60,790 bases of DNA, taken from positions 1-60,790 of the forward strand of contig JACPIO010000014.1 of assembly GCA_016188075.1 (NCBI GenBank). The letters are read 5' to 3'. Position 1 is the stretch's first letter. Every line of letters begins with the position of its first letter. Position numbers and translations under genes: made by a program. The notes below the pieces were generated by a model, which was given only the letters and a program-made list of their open reading frames with translations, was not told where the DNA came from and ran no database searches. Of this stretch, positions 42,488-50,536 are shown one piece after another. This DNA comes from Candidatus Wolfebacteria bacterium. Its GTDB lineage: Bacteria; Patescibacteriota; Minisyncoccia; UBA6257; UBA9933.

Positions 42488-43420
42488 ATGTTTTCAAAAC
42501 CCGTAATACTGGATTCATCCGAGATAAAGAAGTTTGCACAAGGAGACATAATGGACTTGGTTATTAAAGTCGATAAAAATAGATACTTTAATGTAATATT
42601 TGGCGAAGATATACTATTCCGTATCTTAAAAAGAGATTCAGTTATAAAAGAAAAAAATAACCTTAAAAAACTTGTTCGTCATAAAAACCTCGTTGAGAAA
42701 AATAATCTCGAGATCATAAACCAAATAATTGCTCTTGATACAGAAATAAAAGCAATAATTAATAATGATAGATTTTCCGTTAATAAAAAAAGTGGCTACG
42801 ATGACAAAATCGTTTTGATAGAAGATAAAACAAAGCGATTAAAAAACTTAGAAAAGATTTTAGGAGTAGGATTATCAAAAGAAGATGAGATTAGTATTTG
42901 CGGACATTGTAATGCATTTAGATTCGGAGAGGTGATAGGTAAAAGTTTAGGATCTAAAAACCAAGAACGGGAATGTCCTATATGTTCGAGAATTATAAAT
43001 AAATCTTTTGATGTTTTATGTCTTCCCAATGCGATAAAGGATTTTTTAGCTGGAGAATGGTTTGAATTTTATGCATCTAAATTTTTCGAATTAAATGAAT
43101 GGAAAATATTTACAAGGGTTTATGTCTTTGGATCTTCTGGGGTGGAGCATGAGGTTGATTTTTTGGCAGTGAAGAAGGGAATTTCAATTATCGGAGAATG
43201 CAAGACTGGTAATATAACGAGGAGGGATGTTTCAAATTTTATTGCAAAGTATTATGATATAAATTGTACTTACGCAATGTTGATAAGTATAAATAGAGTA
43301 GATCCAGGTACATTAAAATATATAAGAAAAAATCCAAATCTTATATATCTCGATAATATAAAGAAAGATTCTAATATTAACAAGAAAATATTACAATTAG
43401 ATAAAGCTTTAGTAAATTAA
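42488..43420 (+). CDS. Zn-ribbon plus PD-(D/E)xK nuclease-fold protein
   Basis: CGHC...CPIC pairs. HEVDFLAV...IIGECKTG fits D...ExK. Lies in the AT-rich islet. Confidence 0.5.
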   Translation: MFSKPVILDSSEIKKFAQGDIMDLVIKVDKNRYFNVIFGEDILFRILKRDSVIKEKNNLKKLVRHKNLVEKNNLEIINQIIALDTEIKAIINNDRFSVNKKSGYDDKIVLIEDKTKRLKNLEKILGVGLSKEDEISICGHCNAFRFGEVIGKSLGSKNQERECPICSRIINKSFDVLCLPNAIKDFLAGEWFEFYASKFFELNEWKIFTRVYVFGSSGVEHEVDFLAVKKGISIIGECKTGNITRRDVSNFIAKYYDINCTYAMLISINRVDPGTLKYIRKNPNLIYLDNIKKDSNINKKILQLDKALVN

Positions 43421-43423
43421 AAC

Positions 43424-43699
43424 ATGTCTCAGGTTTTGAATTGGACACGTGAGAATATAGAATCAGTTCCAAACGGAATGGGTTTATACGTTCTTAGAAA
43501 TTTCCCCGGGTTAAATGGAATTATTTATATTGGTAAAAGCCTGACTTTAAAAAATAGACTGCTTGAGCACTACAATCTCGGAGATGTGCCGGAAGTGTTA
43601 TATTTTGATTGGTATCCTATAAATACTTCTTCGGAAATAGATAGATTAGAAAGAGAATGGATAATTCAATATAATCCTAAATATAATCAGAGAATATGA
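43424..43699 (+). CDS. GIY-YIG nuclease-domain protein (91 aa)
   Basis: GLYVLRN...GIIYIGKSLTLKNRLLEHYN. Confidence 0.65.
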   Translation: MSQVLNWTRENIESVPNGMGLYVLRNFPGLNGIIYIGKSLTLKNRLLEHYNLGDVPEVLYFDWYPINTSSEIDRLEREWIIQYNPKYNQRI

Positions 43700-43790
43700 T
43701 AGGTGATGGGTTTGTATGCCGAAGTCCCCGCAAAATGTGGGGATTTTTGGTGTTTGTTGCTAAAAAGAAAATCTGTCATAATTGTTTATT

Positions 43791-44636
43791 ATGGAGCCGT
43801 ATTACGAGAGAGATAATTTTATTTTGTATCATGGCGATAGTTTAGAGTTCTTAAAAGAATATCCAGAAAATTCCGTGGATATGGTTTTTGCGGATCCGCC
43901 ATATAACTTATCTAACGGCGGATTTAGTGTTCATGCTGGAAGGAGGGTTAGCGTTAATAAAGGAAATTGGGATAAGAGTAGAGGATTCAATGACGACTAT
44001 AATTTTCACTATGGATGGCTCGAAGTTTGTAAAAGAGTTTTGAAACCTCACGGAACGATTTGGGTGAGTGGGACCTATCACTCGATTTATCAATGCGGAT
44101 ATGCTATTCAAGCGCTGGGCTATCATATTCTGAATGATGTTTCTTGGTTCAAACCGAATGCTTCGCCTAATTTAAGTTGTCGTTTTTTTACTGCAAGCCA
44201 TGAAACTTTGATTTGGGCCAGAAAAGATAAAGAAACCAAGCACACTTTTAATTATAGTCAGATGAAAAATGGTTTTTGGCCAGATGATTTTATTAAAAAA
44301 CCAAATATGCAAATGCGGTCGGTTTGGGCGATTGGGACACCAAAAGGTATTGAAAAAAAGTTTGGCAAGCACCCAACACAAAAGCCGGAAGATTTATTAA
44401 AAAGGATTGTGCTTGCGAGTACGAACAAGGGTGATTTAGTGGTTGATCCTTTTACTGGTAGTTCAACAACTGGTATAGCAGCTTATCTTTTAGGTAGAAA
44501 ATTTATTGGCATTGATAATGAGAAAAAATATTTAGATTTATCAATCAAGCGATTTGAGGAGTTAGATAAAAATTTAAAAAATAAACTGAATTTTAAAAAT
44601 TTTAACATAAAGACGCCGAGTTATATCACAAAGTAA
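43791..44636 (+). CDS. Beta-class N4/N6 DNA methyltransferase
   Basis: Motif IV FADPPYN precedes motif I VVDPFTGSSTTG. HPTQKPEDLL. Confidence 0.88.
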   Translation: MEPYYERDNFILYHGDSLEFLKEYPENSVDMVFADPPYNLSNGGFSVHAGRRVSVNKGNWDKSRGFNDDYNFHYGWLEVCKRVLKPHGTIWVSGTYHSIYQCGYAIQALGYHILNDVSWFKPNASPNLSCRFFTASHETLIWARKDKETKHTFNYSQMKNGFWPDDFIKKPNMQMRSVWAIGTPKGIEKKFGKHPTQKPEDLLKRIVLASTNKGDLVVDPFTGSSTTGIAAYLLGRKFIGIDNEKKYLDLSIKRFEELDKNLKNKLNFKNFNIKTPSYITK

Positions 44637-44648
44637 CAATCAAAGAAT

Positions 44649-45176
44649 ATGATCGAAAAAGGTAAAGGAGGGGGAAATACTCTTACGGGACTTAATTTTG
44701 AAAGGAGAAGCGATATTTTATCTCTTATAAAAAATCTGCGTGGGTATTCTATAAAAGGCAACGTTATCTATTTTGAAAGTAAAGAAGTCGCCAAAAGTTT
44801 TAAGAAATACGGCCTTTATCGTTATTTGAAGTTGGGGGGTGTTGATTACCAAAAATATATATCTAAGCGATTAATGCCGGATGAGGCGATTTATGTAATT
44901 CGCAATAATACACTTTTTGTTATCGAGATGAAGTTTCAAAAAGTTTCTGGATCGGTGGATGAAAAACTGCAGACATGCGATTTCAAAAAGAAACAATACA
45001 AAAAATTAATGGCTCCGTTAAACATTGAAGTTGAATATATTTATATTTTGAGCGATTGGTTCAAAAAACCTGAATATAAAGATACGTTGGATTATATAAT
45101 TTCTGTTGGTTGCCAATATTATTTCCATTATTTGCCGTTACAAAAATTAGGATTACCGGTACCCGATACGAAATAG
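44649..45176 (+). CDS. Putative type II restriction endonuclease
   Basis: Immediately downstream of the methyltransferase. PDEAIYV...FVIEMKFQK fits PD-(D/E)xK. Confidence 0.5.
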   Translation: MIEKGKGGGNTLTGLNFERRSDILSLIKNLRGYSIKGNVIYFESKEVAKSFKKYGLYRYLKLGGVDYQKYISKRLMPDEAIYVIRNNTLFVIEMKFQKVSGSVDEKLQTCDFKKKQYKKLMAPLNIEVEYIYILSDWFKKPEYKDTLDYIISVGCQYYFHYLPLQKLGLPVPDTK

Positions 45177-45268
45177 AGGGTGAGTATATTTAAATCGCTT
45201 CAGTATAAATTCGTCCGATAAACTTCATTCGTCCTTATAAAAATTATACAACTGGTAAAAATTTTAAT

Positions 45269-45297
45269 TGGTGCAATTAATTGCACCACTCATTTTT
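45269..45297. terminator. Bidirectional terminator (GGTGCAATTAATTGCACC flanked by A/T runs)
   Basis: 18-bp perfect palindrome between convergent genes. Confidence 0.6.
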
Positions 45298-45412
45298 TCC
45301 GATTTTACCGATGTTAAATTAGGGAAACCGAAGGAAGCAGCCATTGAACAATTCTATAGAATTGTTCAATGGACCATAGGCTATCTTCCGGGGAGACAAT
45401 TCCGGGGATGCT

Positions 45413-46639
45413 TTATTTCTTCACAAACGCCTCTTTCGGCGAAAGATAAGTGGCTCGTTCGGCTGGCCAGAAACCGGAGACGATTCCAATGAATGCCGAG
45501 GAAACGAGAATCACTAAAATGAACCACGTTGGCGTGATAAACAAAGTGAACGGTTTTCCGCCAAATTGCCGAGCCAAAAGATTCAGTGATAAATTGGCAA
45601 TCTGTCCCAGTCCGGTTCCGAAAACCACGCCGCCCACTCCGCCCAAAAATCCCATCATTAAAGATTCGGTTAAAAATAGGTTTCGGATGTCCCGGTCAGT
45701 CGCTCCCAGGGATTTCATAATTCCGACCTCGTAAATTCTTTCCAGAAATCCGATAATCATCGTGTTAAACATTCCGATGGCCGAGACGATTAAAGCGGCA
45801 ATTCCGAAAACTCCCAAAACAATAGTGATGATGTTCATCACCTTTTTCGCCTGATTGACCAAATCTATTCTGGCCGAAATGACAAAACCTTTGGCAATTA
45901 ATTTATCCCGCAGGATTTCAATGGAATCAATGCTTTTGGACTTGACCAGTATTCTTTTGTAGAAAGGAGGCTCTTTGGTTGAAAAGCCGTAAGGAAGAAG
46001 AGCAAAGGGCGGCTGAACCTCGTCGGTAATCACGCCTTTGAGATTTAATGGTTTTTGCAACTCAATTTCTTCAACGTTCACGTCGTTTTCTTTTTGGTAA
46101 AAAATTTTAAAGGCAAAAGATTTGTTTAAAGTCGAAGCATCGGGAATAAGTTCGGTCAATTTTACCGCTTGACTCGAAAGCACGGCGCCGGCTTCATCCT
46201 CTCGATAGGGAAAGCCGATATCCGGCACAATCCCTGACAGCCGAAAATAATTCGGCCTGGCAATCCTGATTAAAGTGAAGCCGGAGGAATCTCCGTAGCG
46301 GATTTCTCCGGGAAATTCCGCCACCAAACTGATTTCGCCGGTTTCCGGCAGCGCCAAAATCTCTTCGGCCGTTTCTTTGGTGACGTTTAAGCCGGATTCG
46401 CCCGGGTAAAAGGCTTCCATCGTAATTAAAGAATCTTCGGTGGCGACCAGTTTCCCGATTAAAATATATTGAAGTCCGTATCCCAGAGAAATTAAAAACA
46501 AAACCGTTCCGATCCCCACCGACATTCCCAAAATGGTGAGGAATGTCCGCAGGGGCTTGGTTTTGAAAATCCGGAAAGACAGACGAAGCAAGTCTATAAA
46601 GCTGATGTTGTGCGTGGCTCCTCCCCATTCGCCGTTCAT
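45413..46639 (-). CDS. ABC transporter permease, FtsX/MacB type
   Basis: N-terminal TM helix, a large periplasmic-type domain, and a C-terminal FtsX 3-TM bundle (GMFNTMIIGFLERIYEVGIMKSLGA). Confidence 0.8.
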   Translation of the reverse strand: MNGEWGGATHNISFIDLLRLSFRIFKTKPLRTFLTILGMSVGIGTVLFLISLGYGLQYILIGKLVATEDSLITMEAFYPGESGLNVTKETAEEILALPETGEISLVAEFPGEIRYGDSSGFTLIRIARPNYFRLSGIVPDIGFPYREDEAGAVLSSQAVKLTELIPDASTLNKSFAFKIFYQKENDVNVEEIELQKPLNLKGVITDEVQPPFALLPYGFSTKEPPFYKRILVKSKSIDSIEILRDKLIAKGFVISARIDLVNQAKKVMNIITIVLGVFGIAALIVSAIGMFNTMIIGFLERIYEVGIMKSLGATDRDIRNLFLTESLMMGFLGGVGGVVFGTGLGQIANLSLNLLARQFGGKPFTLFITPTWFILVILVSSAFIGIVSGFWPAERATYLSPKEAFVKK

Positions 46640-47964
46640 ATTGTTTCTTGGGCTAATTTCTCCGAGGGGTCGACTCCTAAAATGGTATCAATTTTTTCAG
46701 CCAACCGTTGGGCGGCGCGATAGGATAAGCCGACCCCAAATTTACTTTTGGAGAGACTTAAAACTTTTCGGAAATCCGCCGAGCTTATAATTTTCCGTAT
46801 GCGTTCGCCGATAATCTCGTCAAGGCGCAGCCGTTGAATGTCGTTTATCTTTCCTTTGTATTCGTTTAAGAGCCAGGCTCTGATTCTGTCAACTTCTTCC
46901 TGAATGGATGAAAAAGGGTTGGCTGCCAATTCTTTTTCGACCGCCTCCAGGCCTTTCTTTTGTTTAATAATGTCTTCGGTCCATTTGGTTATTTTTTCGA
47001 CTTTGGTTCTCCAAAGACCAACCCCGCCGTCTTTAAATGGCTTGTCCAAAAGCGTGGCGAATAAGTCGCTCTCGATTTGATTATTAAATCTTTGCTTCAG
47101 GAAAAATTCAAATCGTTTCACTTCCTCGATGGAATATCCCCGAAGCAGAAGGTGGGCCAATGATTTGGCGATCGCTTCATTCGAAGAAAGCTCGGGATGA
47201 AGCTCTTTGTAAAGATAGGTGGAGAGAGCCGCTTTCGCGGTCTCCGCCGGGGCCTTGGGTATCTCCACTTTGATAATTGATCCGTCCCTCATGTAAAAAA
47301 CTCTTTTGCAGTCCCTTAGACTCCAGGCTTCGTGGGTTACCATAATAATGGTGCGGCCGTCTTTTTCGTTCAATTCTTTCAAAAATTCCAAAACCTTATT
47401 GGCATTTTCCGAATCGAGATTGCCCAGTGGTTCATCGGCGACGATGATCGGAGGATTATTGGCCAGGGCCCGGGCAATGCCGACGCGCTGTTGTTGTCCG
47501 CCGGAGAGTTCGTAGGGGTGTCTTTCCGCGAGGTCTTTTATGCCAAGCCGCTCCAAGAGCCGCGTCGCTTCTTCGTGCCGTCGTTTTAGGGAAATTCCCA
47601 TTCCCAAGAAAGACAAAGGCAAGGCGACGTTGTCGAGAACGGTGATCGAAGGAATAAGATTGAATTGTTGAAAAACTATTCCCACGCCGACCTGCCGATA
47701 AATCGCCAATTCTCTTTTGGAAAGATGAGTGATGTCTTTTCCATTAATTAACACTTCTCCTTGTTGCGGCTGTTCGATGCCGGCCAAAGTGTAAAGCAAT
47801 GTTGTTTTGCCGCAGCCCGAAGGACCGAAGAAAGCCACGTACTCTCCCTTTTTTATTTCCATATTGATGTTTCGCAAAGCCCAAGTTTCCGCTGGTTTGC
47901 CCTTGTCGTACCAGAGGTCCACGCTTTTCATTTGAATGATGGATGCTGAAGAAATAGTAGGCAT
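46636..47964 (-). CDS. ABC transporter ATP-binding protein with an about 210-aa C-terminal extension
   Basis: GPSGCGKTT, LSGGQQQRVGIARAL, VADEPLGNLD. A non-ABC helical tail follows. Confidence 0.85.
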   Translation of the reverse strand: MPTISSASIIQMKSVDLWYDKGKPAETWALRNINMEIKKGEYVAFFGPSGCGKTTLLYTLAGIEQPQQGEVLINGKDITHLSKRELAIYRQVGVGIVFQQFNLIPSITVLDNVALPLSFLGMGISLKRRHEEATRLLERLGIKDLAERHPYELSGGQQQRVGIARALANNPPIIVADEPLGNLDSENANKVLEFLKELNEKDGRTIIMVTHEAWSLRDCKRVFYMRDGSIIKVEIPKAPAETAKAALSTYLYKELHPELSSNEAIAKSLAHLLLRGYSIEEVKRFEFFLKQRFNNQIESDLFATLLDKPFKDGGVGLWRTKVEKITKWTEDIIKQKKGLEAVEKELAANPFSSIQEEVDRIRAWLLNEYKGKINDIQRLRLDEIIGERIRKIISSADFRKVLSLSKSKFGVGLSYRAAQRLAEKIDTILGVDPSEKLAQETI

Positions 47965-47966
47965 GA

Positions 47967-48410
47967 TTATTGAGACGGAGTTACTGGGGCGTATTTTTCA
48001 ACGCAATTCAAAATATCCTGCGAAAGGTTTTCTCCTTTTTCGAGAAAAGCCTCGGCTCCCAGTTCTAGGGCTTGGTTTTTAAAATCGCCTTGTGTAAAGC
48101 CGGAAAAGATGACGACTTTTATATTTTGGAGCTCCGGATTGCTTTTTATTTTTTTCAAGAGATTCAAGCCGGCTTCCGGCGTGCTTTCGATTCTCCCGTC
48201 TTTTTGCGTGGGCATCACCAGGTCCAAAAAAATCAGCCGCGGTCTGGTTTCCGGATTATTAATAAGTTCCTCGGCCTTCTCCGGAGTATTGACGTCGTCA
48301 ATTTCATACTTCGCTTCCAGGCCGTGAACCCAAAAAATCTCCGTGAGATAAATGCGGATCATCTCATCATCGTCCACGAGAAGAATTTTTATCTTTTTTT
48401 GGTCAGCCAC
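47967..48410 (-). CDS. Stand-alone response-regulator receiver domain
   Basis: KILLVDDDEMIR...FLDLVMP...KVVIFSG. Confidence 0.8.
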   Translation of the reverse strand: MADQKKIKILLVDDDEMIRIYLTEIFWVHGLEAKYEIDDVNTPEKAEELINNPETRPRLIFLDLVMPTQKDGRIESTPEAGLNLLKKIKSNPELQNIKVVIFSGFTQGDFKNQALELGAEAFLEKGENLSQDILNCVEKYAPVTPSQ

Positions 48411-48772
48411 CTTCGAGGAGTCTTAAGTCAATGCTTTTAGAAAGCATATCATAAATTAGGATATTTTTTCTAATCAGTTATCCACAAAGAGGGGAAAGGA
48501 CGTTATTCCCAGAATGGGTTATACTTAATGTTAGCCATCCCGGGGATCAGACTGGATAAATTAACATTGCTCTTTTGCGTTTAAGGTTATATAATTTGCG
48601 GTTTCAGAGAAGAAGAAGTCCCCGAAGCATTTAACGCTATGCTATAGCATAGTACCCTAACCGGTTTAAGAGAAGAATTTCAAAATGAACAGCCGCCTGA
48701 CTAAATTAAAGAAACGCACTAGGCCACATTTCAAAATCTTGTTTTGTAAATAAATATAGTATAATAAAACTA

Positions 48773-49438
48773 ATGGCAGATATTAAAGAATCTCGAGAAT
48801 CTTTCCCGCCGGATTTGAGCGAAAAAGAAAGAGGAGCTTATCAGCTTTTGCGGGAGGCGATGGACGGATACAATGAGGCGGTCTGGAAAGCGCTGGATGC
48901 CGACGCTGTCCAGTCCCGCGAGGAAGAGAGAGAAAGAGCTATTGCTGAAGTTTCAAAGAGTTTGGCCGGCGCCACCCGTTTTGGCGGCAAGGAGGGCATT
49001 GCCCCGCCCGACCTTCCTTATTTTATAATGCGCCGAATCGCGCTGGAAGCGCCGGAGCATTCCGGGGGTTACCGCGGTATTTTAAAAAGCGCGATGTTTT
49101 TTGAATTAGAGGAGGCGCGGCGGGAACAGCGGGGAGCCACTCGTCAATATCGGGAAAATAGTCACGATTCAGAGACGCCGGATCTGCAGATTCTTCGGGC
49201 TTGTCAAAAGAATATGAGCGATCATATTGGAGTTTTAAATCGAGCCATTGACGAGGCTAATGCCGGCAAGTTGACCGTGAGCCCGATGTATCTTGGCGGA
49301 CAAATTGCCGAGCTTTTAAGAAAACGGGATATTTTAAGTCCCAACGCCGAAGAGCGAATAAGAAAGAAATACCGAGAACTTTTGAAAGAAGAGGATGCGA
49401 AAGAGGTTTTGAGACTGCTTGATTCAATCGCGTGGTAG
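48773..49438 (+). CDS. Hypothetical protein (221 aa)
   Basis: Clean ORF. No family recognised. Confidence 0.45.
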   Translation: MADIKESRESFPPDLSEKERGAYQLLREAMDGYNEAVWKALDADAVQSREEERERAIAEVSKSLAGATRFGGKEGIAPPDLPYFIMRRIALEAPEHSGGYRGILKSAMFFELEEARREQRGATRQYRENSHDSETPDLQILRACQKNMSDHIGVLNRAIDEANAGKLTVSPMYLGGQIAELLRKRDILSPNAEERIRKKYRELLKEEDAKEVLRLLDSIAW

Positions 49439-49490
49439 CGACGCCCGCGAGTCTTTGCTTATTTTTGTTTTTTTGGTAGGCTATATTTAA

Positions 49491-49565
49491 TCCGGGGTAG
49501 TTCAGCGGTAGAACGGCGCCCTGTTAAGGCGAGAGTCGGAGGTTCGAATCCTCCCCCCGGAGCCA
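49491..49565 (+). tRNA. tRNA-Asn (GTT)
   Basis: TCCGGGG acceptor, anticodon loop CTGTTAA, T-arm GGAGGTTCGAATCCTCC, encoded CCA. Confidence 0.9.
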
Positions 49566-49573
49566 AATTGGAT

Positions 49574-49605
49574 GAGCAGAGCCAAAAGCTCTGCTTTTCT
49601 TTTTG
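49574..49605 (+). terminator. Rho-independent terminator AGCAGAGC caaa GCTCTGCT plus a T-run
   Basis: Follows tRNA-Asn. Confidence 0.7.
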
Positions 49606-49953
49606 TTTTCAGCCAAATTTTTGATACAATCGGATTGTTACGAAAATTAAAGGTTTACCCAGAATAAGCGGTTAGATTATACTCACGTAAACATGGCAAG
49701 CCATTAATAGTCTTCCACAGCCCCAATACGCCACCCGCATGGCGCATTCAGCAGGCGAAAACAGGATTTGCGCATAGTTTTAGGCCTAGATGTGTAGATT
49801 GTGGTATTTTTGTGTAGTTTTGACTATGACTTGTGTAGATTTAAAGTCCATAGTATATCTAAAGGGTGCCGATAAAACTTTTCGTGTTACACGGGGTCGA
49901 GACAACGTGCGAGGATGTTTAGCAAAAATAGAATTTTAAAAATAAAATATTTC

Positions 49954-50244
49954 ATGAAACTACAACTGGAAAAATTCGGCACCACTCTCTTATCCCGTGA
50001 ATTAGGCAGCGAGGCGTTCAAAGCGTTTCAGCCCGCCTTACTGGAATTTTCCCCGTCCGATGAATTGGAAATTGATTTTTCCGGCGTATTAACATTGCCA
50101 TCTTCATGGGCGGACGAGTTTTTGAGCCCTCTGCTTGAAAAATTAGATGAGCGGCTGGTGTTATTACCCTCTGACAATCTCTCGGTGCAGGCAACCCTAA
50201 AGATTCTGCAAGAGGCGAATAAACGCCCATTCAAATTTAGATGA
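49954..50244 (+). CDS. Small STAS-like (DUF4325-type) protein
   Basis: ELEIDFSGVLTLPSSWADEFLSPLL resembles STAS-like anti-anti-sigma folds. The track ORF starts at 49915. Confidence 0.4.
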   Translation: MKLQLEKFGTTLLSRELGSEAFKAFQPALLEFSPSDELEIDFSGVLTLPSSWADEFLSPLLEKLDERLVLLPSDNLSVQATLKILQEANKRPFKFR

Positions 50245-50502
50245 AAAGGGAGATCTTCATACTTCGCCCGGTAGTGAATGGGTTTAGGGTGCTTATCAAA
50301 GACACCCGGTTTTTTGATGTAAGCGTTGATGATGTAATGAAATAAATTTATGAGAATAAAAGATTTACCAAAAAGCATGCCCCGTAGTGAACTTGCCTGC
50401 CCCGCTGGAAGCTTGCTTTCCTGCGGGGTTCTCCTTCGGGGTCAATGCGCCACCCGGGTGGCGTATTGGAGAAAATGGGGCTTAATCTAAGTGACTATTG
50501 AC

Positions 50503-50532
50503 AAAAGAGCTTATCATATGATAAGCTCTTTT
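50503..50532. promoter_or_regulatory. 30-bp perfect palindrome AAAAGAGCTTATCAT|ATGATAAGCTCTTTT next to a TTGACA box
   Basis: Lies immediately 5' of hsdM, whose product has an N-terminal HTH. TTGACA at 50498-50503. Confidence 0.5.
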
Positions 50533-50536
50533 GTAT

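Noticed and set aside
45268-45492. The 74-aa plus-strand ORF between the REase gene and the ABC permease.
   Set aside because: It starts inside the bidirectional terminator palindrome and overlaps the 3' end of the permease gene in antisense. There is no SD.
48478-48486. A perfect DnaA box TTATCCACA (also TGTGGATAA at 13876 and TTTTCCACA at 21944 and 60411) as a replication origin.
   Set aside because: These are single, widely separated boxes. There is no cluster, no adjacent AT-rich unwinding element with repeats, and no dnaA/dnaN nearby.
50241-50345. A 34-codon ORF overlapping the STAS-like gene stop (ATGA), read as a coupled partner gene.
   Set aside because: It is very short, runs through a terminator hairpin (GGGTG..CACCC plus T-run), and contains a degenerate copy of the GCCCCGTAGTGAAC repeat. 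More likely it is non-coding or a gene remnant.
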